NCBI GenBank assembly: GCA_964016885.1
Contig: OZ024747.1
Span: 56,296,001-56,360,000 of the forward strand
Direction: 5' to 3'
Origin: Eledone cirrhosa
Lineage: Eukaryota
DNA length: 64,000 nt
Below the pieces are notes generated by a model. That model saw nothing but the letters and a program-made list of their open reading frames with translations. It was not told the DNA's origin and searched no databases. Below are positions 26,211 through 39,668 of this stretch, piece after piece; positions within the stretch are counted from its first letter, which is position 1, and each line of letters opens with the position of its first letter. A program made the translations under genes and the position numbers.

Positions 26211-26697
26211 TATTTCTCTTCAGTACCTCAACATTTGTAATCCAGTCTCAATATGTGATTTTAAGGATGTTATTTTTATTGAACTTAGAAGGATATAAAA
26301 TACAGAGTTGATCTTGGCTCATTTTGAATTCAGAATGTAAGAAGCCAGAACATATACCACATGGCATTTTACCCAATCCTCTACCAGTTCTCTCAGTTCA
26401 ACTAATTATATTGAACACTTGATACAGAGTAATGTGTTCCTGACAACATTCCAGCTGTGAAATGCTCAGCCTCAGTCAGCATTTTACACAAAACTGCAGC
26501 TTGGCGAAAGAAGCAAAGACCTGCAAATGGTTGTGTTACATGAATGGTGACAACATTTCACTATATTGAACCCTAGTATGTGGCTGATACTTCTTTTATT
26601 GACTTCCATAGCGATGAAAATCAAGATCAAAAAGGCAAATAACTGTCAACCACAATATTGTTTATCCTCATCATTGATGAATCTGTTAATTCACTGT

Positions 26698-26928
26698 TTA
26701 CACCCTTTTTAGTGTTTAAACTGGCCATATCCATCCAGAACTCTCTCACCTCTTTCTGTTCAAACTGCCTGTAACCAGCTGCTCATACTTATGTTAAGTT
26801 ATTGTTCTAAAATAAATAACATCAAAATGTCATAGATTTGATATTATGGGAGATAATTATGTGAGATAAAGCCTTTAGCATGAAAATAAAATAGTAAATA
26901 TAGAGTAATGTAAATGCTAACTAGTTAA
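26698..26928. mobile_element. piggyBac-like MITE M1, diverged
   Basis: Collinear with 22195-22413 and 34480-34706. Confidence 0.75.
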
Positions 26929-27399
26929 TAATAAAATAACAATAATAACTAATTTCAATCCTAAGCACCGGACCAGAAATTTGGAGAAAGTGTTAGTCAA
27001 TTAAAACAAATTTAGTACTTCACTGGTACTTAATTCTATTGATCTTAGAATAACATAAGGCGAAGTTAACTTCTGCAGGATTTTAACTTACAATGTAAAG
27101 GTCAAAACTAAATACCACATGAAATTTTGCTTATGAATTTAATGATTTTGCCAAATAATCTTAATTATGTTAATACATTAAAGTAGGTGTATATATGTAT
27201 ATTCTAGATTGTAGGTCATGTTATTGCACCAAGGTAACTGAAATTTTCTATTAAGCTAGGCCTAGGGATTAGGGTGTTAATCATATAAATATAAGGTTGT
27301 GGTTTTGATTCATGGACTGGGTGGTGCATTGTATTACTGATCAAAACGTTGTTTGGGGCCTATATCATTAAAACATTTGGAAAGCCTCTTACAAGATAT

Positions 27400-27905
27400 A
27401 ACTTCATAGGGACGGAGCAGCTAAATGTGGGCTGTAAATTTCCTTTATGTTTTCATAAAGAATGTCATAGACATTGTTAATTTTTCTAAAAATTGTTCTT
27501 TTTAGAACCAGACAAAAAATTAAGAGTATTGTATATCCCAAGCACTGTAATAGGCACTGGTGAAATTTAGGGACTAGAAAAATTATTCATTTACAGTAAA
27601 TATGTAAACTAGTACAATATTTGAAAAAAAACAAAAATCATGTTTTTGAGAAAAGAAAATAGCTGAGTTAAATGTTATCTTACTTTCTCACCTAGTCTTG
27701 GACTGTGACAACTCATCTAATTCATGCCAAAATTGGAGATGGACATAAAATGGTGGTAGAGGTGTGGGGTTATGGTGTGGTCATCTTTATCTTTGAAGGC
27801 ATTTTTATGAAATTCAACTTGAACCATCTTCTGGATCACTTGGAAGCAACAATACTGGAGGGAGTCCATTCTCCTGAACCAAATGAAGATGGGCATTTGT
27901 TTAAA
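27400..27905 (-). mobile_element. Possible decayed Tc1/mariner transposase end and terminus
   Basis: Frameshifted minus-strand pieces VQENGLPP / RWFKLNF / R*PHHNP...FWHEL resemble FQQDGAP..WL..NF..WP..SPDL..FW..L. Weak. Confidence 0.3.
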
Positions 27906-28032
27906 AACTATTTATCCAAAATATAGTGAATCAGTGTGGAAGTATATGGTTTAGGGGTTTGGAGAGGTTACAAAACTATAACCTTTTTGTGTATGGCTAA
28001 GGACAGAGGCTCATGGCAATTTCTGAGCATAT

Positions 28033-28389
28033 AACATCTAGAGTGGCACCCCAATGGCTAGCACCACCAGTAGCACATCTAGGGTGCACCTCAATGACTA
28101 GCACCACCAGTGGCACATCTAGAGTAGCACATCTAGGGTGGCACTCCAATGACTGGCCCCACCAGTGACACATCTAGAGTAGCACATCTAGGGTGGCACT
28201 CCAATGACTGGCTCCGCTAGTGATACATCTAGAGTAGCACATCTAGGGTGGCACTCCAATGACTGGCTCCACCAGTGACACATCTAGAGTAGCACATCTA
28301 GGGTGGCACTCCAATGACTGGCTCTGCTAGTGACACATCTAGAGTAGCACATCTAGGGTAGCACCCCAATGACTGGCTGCACCAGTTAC
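28033..28389. repeat. Minisatellite: two ~41-bp units followed by five 55-bp units
   Basis: ACATCTAGAG at 28115, 28170, 28225, 28280 and 28335. Confidence 0.95.
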
Positions 28390-28413
28390 AGAACTTGATT
28401 GATTGACTAAAAT

Positions 28414-28596
28414 AATTGTTTCTACTTTAGGCACTAGGCCAGCAATTACCCAGTGCATTACTGGTACTTTATTTTATCGACCCCCGTAAGGATGAAAGGC
28501 AAAGTCAACCTCGGCGGGATTTGAACTCAGATCGTAAAGGGACGTAACTATGCTGCAAAGCATGGCGTCCGACCCTCTACCGATACTGCCAATCCA
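28414..28596 (-). mobile_element. Family B SINE
   Basis: Reverse complement of 45122-45315. Confidence 0.9.
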
Positions 28597-28889
28597 AAAT
28601 AATGGAATATATTAAGATACTCAATGAAATAAAATAATAAATGAATTGTCAAATATTTAGAAAGATAAATAATTAGATTCTGGTGAATTAATCTATAAAA
28701 TAAAAGTTAAATTATTATAAATAATTAGAGGGATGTCAAATCTGTGTCACTGTTATTTCAAATTATCATCATCATCATTGTAGTGGGGACAGGGTGATGA
28801 TGGTAGTGTTGTTGATGGTGTCGATGATGGTAGCAGAAGGGTTGGTGTTGTTGGTGATGGCGGTGGCAGAGGTGTTAGTGTTGTCCCTA

Positions 28890-29205
28890 AATTGCTGGCC
28901 TTGTGCCGATAGTTGCCTTTCATCCTTATGGGGTCGATAAAATAAAGTACCAGTAATGCACTGGGTAATTGCTGGCCAAAAGTAGAAACAATTATTATCT
29001 TACTGGAAGCACGGTGAATTGGCAGTATCGGTAGAGGGTCGGACATCATGCTTTCCAGCATAGTTACGTCCCTTTACGATCTGAGTTCAAATCCCGTCGA
29101 GGTTAACTTTGCCTTTCATCCTTACGGGAGGTCGATAAAATAAAGTACCAGTTATGTATTGGGTAATTGCTGGCCTTGTGCCAAAAGTAGAAACAATTAT
29201 TATCA
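28890..29205 (+). mobile_element. Family B SINE, full copy (29010-29205) preceded by a partial copy
   Basis: ttggcagtatcggtagagg head, B box, conserved domain and tail. Confidence 0.85.
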
Positions 29206-29234
29206 TTATTTAAAAATAAATAATAATAATTTTT

Positions 29235-29645
29235 ATTGTTGTTGTTGTTGCTGTTGTTGTTGATATTTTATTATTAATAATCAATATTTTTCAAATGTGA
29301 TGATTATTGCAGATTTGCTGTTATTTATATTTATATTGAATTGTTCTTGCTTATTGTTATCACTATTTTCTGATTCTGTTCTTCTTATTATTGTTGTTGT
29401 TGCTGTTGTTGTTCTTATTGTTGTTGTTGCTGCTGTCATTGCTGCTGTTGTTGTTGTTATTGTTGTTGTTGTTGCTGTTGTTGTTGCTGCTGTCATTTTT
29501 GCTGTTGCTGTTGTTGTTGTTGTTGTTGCTGTTGTTGTTCTTATTGTTGTTGCTGCTGCTGCTTTTGTTGTTGTTGTTGGTGTTGGTGGTGGTGGTGGTG
29601 GTGGTGGTGGTGGTGGTGGTGTTGTTGTTGTTATATTTGTTGTTA
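29235..29645. repeat. (GTT/GCT/GGT)n trinucleotide block
   Basis: Read directly. Confidence 0.95.
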
Positions 29646-30119
29646 ATGGCGTGTTTAGTTTGTTTCAATTTATCTCATACAGCAGTTTTTATTCCTAGAA
29701 ATTTACATTTGTTTGTGATACCTTATTAACTCCGATTTTAAAAATTTGTTGCTATTTAATTATGTCACAACTAATAATATTTCACAATTAAATACAGCTT
29801 AGTTCTCCCCTAATTTACATCACAGTAGACAGATAATTTACATTCGGATATGATTAATTATCTGTTTAATTAAGGGAGGGGAGTAGCTTGTTCCATTGTG
29901 GTGTGCTGGGAAAGAGAAATACAAAGGAAGTGAAACTTCTTCATCATCATCATCGTCATCATAATCATTGTTTTATGTCTGCTTTCCAGGCTAGCATGGG
30001 ATGGATGGGTCAACATGATTTGTAACTAGACAGGTTGGGGAGAATGTGTTGATCATACATTCCATATTTTAGCATGTTTGGGTCATGTGCCTGGATGCCC
30101 TTCCTAATGTCAATCGCAT

Positions 30120-30385
30120 GTACAGGGTGCATTTTATCTTGACACAAGCACTAACACTTTACAGAGTGTACTGGGTGCATTTTATCTTGACACAGGCACT
30201 AACTCTTTACAGAGTGTACAAAGTGTATTTTATCTTGACATAAGCACTAACACTTTACAGCGTGTGCTGGGTGAATTTTATCTTGAAACAAGCACTAACC
30301 CTTTACAGAGTGTACTGGGTGTATTTTATAATGTTACTATCACTTTACAGAGTGTACTAGGTGCATTTTATCTTGACACCATCAC
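30120..30385. repeat. 48-bp minisatellite (~5.5 units) inside an RTE-tailed SINE remnant (29941-30390, minus)
   Basis: CTTTACAG at 30157, 30205, 30253, 30301 and 30343; follows ctggatgcccttcctaatg. Confidence 0.9.
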
Positions 30386-31508
30386 TACCACTTAAGATAT
30401 ACTTAACGATACTCTTTTGTGTTCTTGCATACACCTCAATAACTAAGTTTTATGTATACGAAAAATAAAACTGTGGTTAGAGCATCAGACAAAATGCTTT
30501 GCAGCATTTTGTTATGACACATTACATTCTGAGTTCAATTTTCACCAAAGCCAACTTTGTCTTTCATCCTTCTGGGGATTGATAAAATAAAGTACCAGTC
30601 CCATATTTGGGTTGATATCATCGACTTTCTCCTTCCACCAAATTGCTGGCTGTTTGCCTAAGAAATAATTATTATCATCATCATCTTTGTTTTGTTTTTT
30701 CTTCATAAAATTTACATTTTATTTGTGATACCTTATTAACACTGGTTTAAAAATTTGTTGGCATTTAATTTTGTCAAAACTAATATTTCACAATTAAATA
30801 TAGCTTAGCCCTCCCATAATTCACATCACAGTAGACAGATAATTTATATTTGGATATGATTAATTATCTGGTTAATTAAAGGAGAGGAAAAGCTATTAAA
30901 ATTGTAGTTGAACGAGTGACTGGATCATGTTTACTTGAATGAAAAGAGATTTTGTTTGGTTCTCTTTACCCAGGAAAGGGTTTCCAAATATTTAAACATC
31001 AACTCAATTAACTGGAATTCAAAAGGTTCATTCCTAGACATTTTATTGTGTACATATATTGAGAAGTGGTACAAACCACAATGGTAGTAAGAGGAAATAA
31101 GCCTCTCAAACTTTTGCAGATACAGTGGCTAATGAAGAAATATTAAAAAATAATTTTAAAAGAGACAATTAAACCAATAAACACAGTTACAATTTGGAAA
31201 TTACAAAAGAAAAAGTGTAAAAAATACAGATTTGAATGATATTAAAAACATCAACAACTTTTTTTTGCTATCACAGCACATGTCTCAGAAACATTAGAAT
31301 TGTAACCAGAGATATTGATAGAAACACTGACTCTTGCTTTATTGCAGCCCAAACATATTTCTGACTAGTCTTTCTAGCTATATTTGGAGATTGAAAGATA
31401 TTGACACAATACCTTTAATATGCTGTATTGCTTTCATGTATAGTAACAGCAGAATTACACTAACACTCAGGTGGAAAAGTTTTGATAGTATCACAGAACA
31501 AGAACAGC

Positions 31509-31723
31509 TTAACCCTTTAGCATTTACATTACTCTATATTTACCATTATTTTTTCACAGTAAAGGCTTTATCTCACATAATATCAAATCTATGAGATTTT
31601 GATGTTATTTATTTTGAGAACAATACCTTAACATCAGTAAGAGTGACCGGTTACAACCAGTTTGGACAGAAAGAGGTAGAGAATTCTGTTTGTATATGAC
31701 CAGTTTAAATGCTAAAGGGTTAA
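31509..31723. mobile_element. piggyBac-like MITE M1, intact
   Basis: TTAA CCCTTTAGCATTTA ... TAAATGCTAAAGGG TTAA, a perfect 14-bp TIR. Confidence 0.9.
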
Positions 31724-32581
31724 TTAGAGTAAATGATACTCTTTGGAACTGTTTATATTAAGTAAAATAACTGCTACATAATTTTAAAATGAATGGTTCA
31801 TCACTGATTTACAATAAATTTCAAAAACTCTCACATAATATATTGTTTTCTCTTTACCTCTAATTTTTGCTATTGGTGTTTTTATTTGATACTAACTCTT
31901 TTTTTCATGTTGCATTTCTGCAAGATTGGAATGTCAGCAGCCTGTCTGACGAAGGAGCCCCGCGAGGTGGGGTGGTTGATGCTGTGCAGGTCACTGGCCA
32001 TTGTCCACAGAAATGCCATTGCAGTTTTATTCATGCGGCATAGTCCTAACACCATTAGCCCATTACCCTCTCCCCTTCCCTTCTTTTCTTCTGTGGCCCT
32101 TGCTTTTCCCTCCTTTTCCTCTCATTTATGGAATTTATAGTCCTTTCCTCTACAGCAAAATCTGCCCTTCTTTACCCCTTCCCCTTTTTCCTGTTATTTA
32201 AATTTACTTTTATCTGTCTTTTTCATATTTATGTAATCATCAATGGTTTTAAAGCCAACTTAGTGAATATAACATCTGTACATATGACAAGTATAACACT
32301 AAATAACATTGATATTACCCTTTATATAATATGGATTTCTAGATTGAGTGAGGGTTATGAGAGTGTTTGAAGGTTAAAGAAGTTTTTCATTTTATTTATT
32401 ATCAACTTATTTATATATTTTCGATATTTTTCAATATATTGCATAACTCACCTTTTCTTTTCTTTCTTACCTGGATGCTTTTTGTCTTTGTTATTGTATA
32501 TCACTGTTGTATTTGAAGGTGAATGACTTGTCATAGTTCATTTTTGTATTTGAACTCTCAATAAAATATCAATAAAATAAA

Positions 32582-32592
32582 TAGTAGTAGTA

Positions 32593-32653
<61 letters not shown>

Positions 32654-32717
32654 CAGCAGCAGCAGCAGTTGTGATAGTACCAGTAGTAGAAGTAGTAGTG
32701 ACAATAGTAGTAGTATC

Positions 32718-32764
<47 letters not shown>

Positions 32765-32845
32765 CAGCAGTAGTGGTAGTACCAGTAGTAGAAGTAGTAG
32801 CAATAGTAGCAGTAATAGTAGTAGTACCAGTAGTACAGCAGCAGC

Positions 32846-32876
<31 letters not shown>

Positions 32877-32880
32877 ATAG
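32582..32880. repeat. (GTA/GCA)n block
   Basis: Read directly. Confidence 0.95.
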
Positions 32881-33270
32881 TACTTCTAGTGTGCTGGGAG
32901 TCTCAATAAAACATTATCCCCCACCTCCATTACAACTTTTGGGATTCCATGCCATTATCAAAAACCAATTCACTAATTGTGCATACATTAACCTAAAATT
33001 ATTTAATTACTTTGCAGCTGGTCTAAATATGTTGTTTTTTTGTATAACATAATTAATTAACTCTTTGTTTGATATTTTATAATTACATAATTATTTTAAT
33101 CATCTGTATTCCAAATATGTTCATGTTTTGTTTTTTCTTAGTTATATAATGATGTTAGATTTTTAATTCATCTCAACAATAAATAATTTTTACTTCTATG
33201 TTCTCACACTTGATGAAAATGGTCAGTTACTGCAAGGGAATTGTACCTACACTTCTCTTCTCTGTATACA

Positions 33271-33339
<69 letters not shown>

Positions 33340-33384
33340 TACATACATATACATATATATATATATACACACACACACATACAC

Positions 33385-33476
<92 letters not shown>

Positions 33477-33524
33477 GAAAAAACTAGGAAGTTTTGTTTA
33501 CATATGGCAAATATTTATTATGTA

Positions 33525-33620
33525 TTGACCTGTTACACGAGTTTTGCAGAGGATTGACTCAAGGTGACACATAGGAGTCATGGACCTGACTCCAGTTCCG
33601 ATCTCCTCCTCAGACTGCTG
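33525..33620 (-). ncRNA. Decayed hammerhead motif (family W)
   Basis: Minus strand: cagcagt CTGAGGA [long stem II] cAAAA ctcgtg TA acagg ... aataaa, with G12 changed to A. Relative at 31933-31993 (+): cagcagcctgt CTGACGA ... gcaggtca. Confidence 0.45.
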
Positions 33621-34479
33621 ATGCGACAAAAGATATATTAGAACAGGGCAAAAATACCAAGAAAGTGAGTGAGAGCCATAGAATTTTACTTTAGCAATTT
33701 TAACGATCTCAAATATTTTCAGAATGACCATCAATTATCATCATTTGACATCCATACTTTCTGTTAGCAAGAGTGGGACAGGTCTTTACAGACTGAGTCA
33801 GTGACCTCCCAGACAAACAGCAGGGTGCATTTTATCATGGCACCAACACTAAAGTGTTTGTCATGTCTTTGGCACAATGAAAGGTTCCTCCCAACCCTTT
33901 ATTTGGCAAGCTTTCTATAGCTGTATACACTTCCTACCACCAACCACTTTACAGCATCTACTGGATGGCGTTCATTGTGTAAATCAGCAACACTTGAGAA
34001 GTTGTGCCATTGACAGAACTGCGGGCTCTTCTCAACCCTTTTTAGACATGATTTCTTCAGTAGAGTGCCCTTCCTATCACCACCCACCTTACATGGTATA
34101 CCAGGTGCATCTTTGTGAAACTGCCACTATTAGTCTGTTTGTTTGTATGTGTGTGTCTATGTATATATGCATGTATGTATGTATGTGTGTATGTATGTAT
34201 GTATGTGTGTCTGTATGTATGTATGTATGTACGCATGCTTGTATGTATGTATATATGTTTCTATGGCTATATAATTATATACTGACATAACATTACAAAT
34301 GGTTTATTTAACTATATTAAGTTTTTATTTGTAATCAAAAATATATCTTTAGAAGACATGTGACTAAAAGGGGTATTGTGAAAGTAGCATTATGAATATA
34401 TGTGATGCTGTGACATTAATGACCATCCTGTGAAAAACATAAGCCAAAACCAAATTAAAATAAGAAGAGTATAACAAAC

Positions 34480-34706
34480 TTAACCCTTTAGCATTTAAAC
34501 CAGCCATATCCAGTCAGAATTCTCTCACCTCTTTCTGTTCAAACCAGCTGTAACTAGCCACTCATACCAACATTAACTATTGTTCTTAAGATAAATATAT
34601 AAACATCTTATAGATGTGTTATTCCGTGAGATAATTATGTGAGATAAAGCCTTTACCATGAAAATATAATAGTAAATATAGAATAATGTAAATGCTAAAG
34701 TGTTAA
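34480..34706. mobile_element. piggyBac-like MITE M1, intact
   Basis: TTAA-flanked CCCTTTAGCATTTA TIR. Confidence 0.85.
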
Positions 34707-35659
34707 TAAATGATCTTTTATTTAGGCAGAAGAATGAACTGCAAGTAATTTATCCACCACTCCAATAACTCTGTGAAATTAAAACAAACAAAATACTTGT
34801 ATTTTTTGGTAAATATTTTATTTATTTTATTCATATCAAAAATTGCAATAGCAACAATAACATCAACAACAAGATGATAAGAGCAACAACAATAAATGCA
34901 ATAAACAGCAACAACAACAACAACAACGATAACAATAGTAACAAGGACAACAGCAAGGACAACAACAACAATAGCAGCAACAACGGCAGGAACAATGATT
35001 ATTGCCACTGTAGTCATGAATACTAACTATTATACCATACATTAGATAATATAACCATAGATATGCTATGTATCATTAAAGGATGAGATGGTCTTGGCTG
35101 GAAGTTCATTGATCCTAGATTACTTGGATCAAGGCTGACCTAGGGCTAAACAACAACTATAGCTATTAATACTTATTATTGTTATAATAAGTATTAATAA
35201 CCGCCAAGGTTAACTTTGCCTTTCATCCTTACGGGGTCGATAAAATAAAGTACCAGTAATGTACTGGGTGATTGCTGGCCTTGTGCCAAAAGTAGAAACA
35301 ATTATTGTTATACATTAGATAATTCATTCTTAGATACATTTTGTCTGAATAAAAGCTGGGATGGTCACAAGTGGAACACCATTGATCTTAGGTCAGCTGG
35401 ATCAGGGCTGAAACTAACCACCAACAACAGCAGCAGCAGCAACTACTGCCATTACTACAAACTACTGTACTACATGTTAGATACATTACATGTATCTAAC
35501 ATGTATTACAATGTTAGATACATTATATTTAAATAAATGATGGAATGATTTCTTCTGGAACATACTTGATCATAGGCAAATTGGACTGACCCAGGGCTGA
35601 AAAACAAGAATAACAACATCTACTTATAATAACTCCTGTAGTATATGTTAGATAATAAA

Positions 35660-35950
35660 AGGCCCCATCAGTCATTGCTGACAATGGTTTTGTACCTAGA
35701 AAGTTTCCCTCCTAGGCACAAACCTGGGCAAGGTTGTTTGTGGAAGACCAGCAATTATCCATACATACCAGTCTTCTCTCTGATACAACTTGGCACCAGT
35801 GATATTGCAATTAATTTCTACAGCTGAGTAAACTGGATTAACATGAAATAAAATGTCTTGCTCAAGGACACAACACATAACCCAGTATGAGAATTGAACT
35901 CAAAACCTCACAGTTGCAGGTCCAATACTCTAACCACTAAGCCATGCACC
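35660..35950 (-). mobile_element. tRNA/CORE-like SINE, family E
   Basis: Head and CORE-like block as in family C; body shared with 50230-50490. Confidence 0.8.
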
Positions 35951-36082
35951 ATCAGTTAAATAATACAGTCTTAGATATAGTATGTTTGAAAAAAGATGGG
36001 ATGGCCAAAGTTGGAATACCATTAATCATAGGAAAACTGGATCAGGACTGACCTGGAGATAAAGAGCTAGAACAACAATAAT

Positions 36083-36598
36083 AATTGTTTCTACTTTTGG
36101 CACAAGGCCAGCAATTACCCAGTACATTACTGGTACTTTATTTTATCGACCCGTAAGGATGAAAGGCAAACTTAACCTCGGCGGGATTTGAGCTCAGATC
36201 ATAAAGAGCCGTAACTCTGTGCTGCAAAGCATGGCATCCGACCCCGTAAGGATGAAAGGCAAAGTTAACCTCGGCGGGATTTGAACTCAGATCATAAAGG
36301 GACGTAACTCAATGCTTCAAAGCATGGCGTCCGATACTCTACCGATACTGCCAATCCACCGCCTTAGAACAACAATAATAATGGTTTCTTATATAGGCAC
36401 AAGGCCAGCAATTTGGGGGAGGGGAAAGTCGATTAAATCGACCCCAGTGTGTGACTGGTACTTTATTTTATCGACCCCATAAGGATGAAAGGCAAAGTTA
36501 ACCTCGGCGGGATTTGAGCTCAGATCATAAAGAGCCGTAACTCTATGCTGCAAAGCATGGCATCCGACCCTCTACCGATACTGCCAATCCACCGCCTT
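36083..36598 (-). mobile_element. Family B SINE cluster (three copies or partials)
   Basis: Repeated gatgaaaggcaaagttaacctcggcgggatttga. Confidence 0.9.
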
Positions 36599-36670
36599 AG
36601 AACAACAACAACAACAACAACAACTATAACCACTAATACTAACTACTATACTAGACATTAGATAATGCAG

Positions 36671-36709
<39 letters not shown>

Positions 36710-39372
36710 GTCTGAATAAACAATAGGATGGTCACAGCTGGAGTTCCAATGATCATAGGCAAACTGGATGGGGGCTGACCCAGGGCTAAATAACAAAACA
36801 TGCACTTGTCTACCCCCTACAGTTATTATGCATAGATGCATATATGCACCCATGCAGTTATGCAGATAAACCTATCCACATGCAAGGATGAACAAATGGA
36901 TTGGGTTAATTTGTATGTATGTGTATATATATATATATGAGTATATATATGTATCTGTGTATATATATGTATGTGTATATACATGCATGTGTATATACAT
37001 GCATGTGTATATATATGTATGTGTATATATATATATATATGTGTGTATATATATGTATATATATATATGTATGTGTATATATATATATGTGTGTATATAT
37101 ATATATGTATGTATATATATAAATATATGTATGTGTATATATATGTATGCATATATATAAATATATGTATGTGTATATATATGTATATATATATATGGGT
37201 GTGTCTGTATATATAGGTGTGTATATATATATATAAATATATGTATGTGTATATATATGTATATGTATATATATATGTATATGTATATGTATGTATATAT
37301 ATAAATATATGTATGTGTATATATATATATATATGTATGTATATATATAAATATATGTATGTGTATATATATGTGTGTGAATGCTTATGTGTATGTGTGT
37401 GTTTGCATTGCCTGTGTGTGTATGTGTGAATGCTTATGTGTATGTGTGTGAATGCTTATGTGTACGTGTGTGTTTGCATTGCCTGTGTGTGTATGTGTGT
37501 GTATGTGTGAATGCTTATGTGTATGTATTTGTTTGCATTGCCTGTGTGTGTATGTGTGAATGCTTATGTGTATGTGTGTGTTTGTATTGCCTGTGTGTGT
37601 ATGTGTGAATGCTTGTGTGTATATGTGTGTGTTTGTATTTCCTATGTGTGTATGTGTGAATGCTTGTGTGTATATGTGTGTGTTTGTATTGCCTGTGTGT
37701 GTATGTGTGAATGCTTATGTGTATGTAAGTATAGACTGCAAATTAGCAGAGTCATTAGAACATAGGACAAATGCCTTATCCTTTTGTTCCAACTCTCTGC
37801 ACACTGAGTTCAGATCCTGCTGAGGTCAACTATAAAAGAGAGTCCAGTGTGGCAGATTGGCAGAATTATTAGTGTCTTAGATGGAATTCTTTGTGGTGAT
37901 TAGTTCTAGCTCTCTATATTCTGAGTTCAAATCCCACTGGGGTCAACTCTACCTTTTATATTTTGGAGTTGATAAAATAAAATACGGGCCAAGTGCTGGG
38001 GTTGATTAAATCAACTGTTCTTCATCCAAATTGCTGGCCTTGTGCCTCAATTAGAAACGATTACTCTAGCAGTAAGAAAATCTCAGGAGAGCTGGACAGC
38101 AGAAGGTCTTCAGAAAGAGACCCTCCCACCAGCTCAAGTAAGTTTTTCAGCCCTTAACTTCTTACATTCTAAGGGAGCTAGGCTACATCCAGGTCATGAC
38201 TCCTGGGTGTCTTCCTGCTGCCATTTAGACATTCAGATATATTGTAGACTTGCTGTGTATTTAAACCATATAGGGTTTTTATTGACAAGATCTAGCTGGA
38301 ATTCCTTTGCTGTCAAAATTTTATTTAAACACTTTCTTGAATTAGAAAAAATAACGTTGGTTGTCATGGTAACAGTGAGATGTCAACACTATCACCAGTG
38401 CTGTCGCCAATTTAAACTTATTTTATAGGGTGTGAGATTTACAGAATTGGTAGAGCATCAGCGGAAATGCTTTGCAGCATATGTTCTGAGTTCAGATCCC
38501 ACTGAGGTCAACTCTGCTTTTTACCTTTTCAGAATAGATAACATAAAATACCAACCAAGAGTGGTTAGAATGTTTATATATTTGCTGCCACTCTTAGTGT
38601 TCACAGTTAAAATCCTGCTGTGGCCTACATAAGTGGTAGATTTAATCTATCACTCAGTTTAACACCACCATATCACCACGTAGTCCTTGAGTCACTTTAG
38701 TACAGTCAATCTGTTGCCAGAGCTGTATCATTCATAAGGCTGACTAGGCTGAATGCAAGAGGCCCACAAGAACTGGGATATCATGAAATTTTATAAAAGG
38801 ATTTAAAATTTACTATACTTTATACATATATAATGATCAGCTAATATCATGCTGTGTGTTGTTAAATTTTATATTTGATAATTTATTATTACTTAACTAT
38901 ACCAGTACAATGTGCTTCATAGTTGAGTGGTTGATGACTAAACTGGCTCCCTCACCAGACCAGGGTCTGATGAAGAGGGTAAGCAACACAAAAGACAAGA
39001 GCTGTTAAAGAGCAGATGAACTATCAATGGCTATCCACTACAACTATGGGTTAAATAGCCCATATTTGGCCAAGCATGGTGAGTATGGCTACAACCTAAA
39101 GACTTGACCCAAACTAAAAACTGCAGAGGTCAATCATAGAAGGGTTCCTCCAAGAGGACTGAGAAGGCAGTGGATTGGATACCATACCAAAGTTAGGCTG
39201 TCAACTGTAGTGCCAGACCTTCCTGAAATACCTGAAAGCCATGGGGTCTAGTGTGTTGCAAGCATTTAGGCCATGTCTCAAATTTGAGAGTATCATCCTC
39301 TCTTCCTTCTATCACTCATGGAGGCCCTAAAAAGGGTTATGGCCAATGCTCTAACCACTAAGCCATGTGCCT

Positions 39373-39499
<127 letters not shown>

Positions 39500-39548
39500 T
39501 ATGATAAAGAACACAAGAGCGTCTACAACATCAAAAGATTTTTTATTG

Positions 39549-39592
39549 GCTTACAATGTTTCTTCCTTACGTAACTGTAGAATTCGTCAGAG

Positions 39593-39594
<2 letters not shown>
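39549..39594 (-). ncRNA. Minimal type I hammerhead motif
   Basis: Minus strand: gct CTGACGA attctacagttacgtaaggaa GAAA cattg TA agc caataaaaa. The cassette 39502-39594 sits between two (TA)n arrays. Confidence 0.7.

Positions 39595-39668
<74 letters not shown>

Larger units (their letters stand above)
35037..36800 (+). repeat. Five old diverged tandem copies of a ~130-bp element tail, interrupted by younger SINEs
   Basis: ttagata...ggatggtc...ctggaa...attgatcatagg...tggatcagggctgacc..gggctaaacaacaac at ~35040, 35330, 35515, 35970 and 36655. Confidence 0.75.

Noticed and set aside
27261-27275. Telomeric repeat
   Set aside because: Only one or two TTAGGG-like units, consistent with chance.
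38967-39010. CTGATGA as another hammerhead
   Set aside because: No properly placed GAAA...UH and no stem I pairing.
39040-39230. Further LINE C-terminal remnant
   Set aside because: Only a vague similarity; no motif could be read with confidence.
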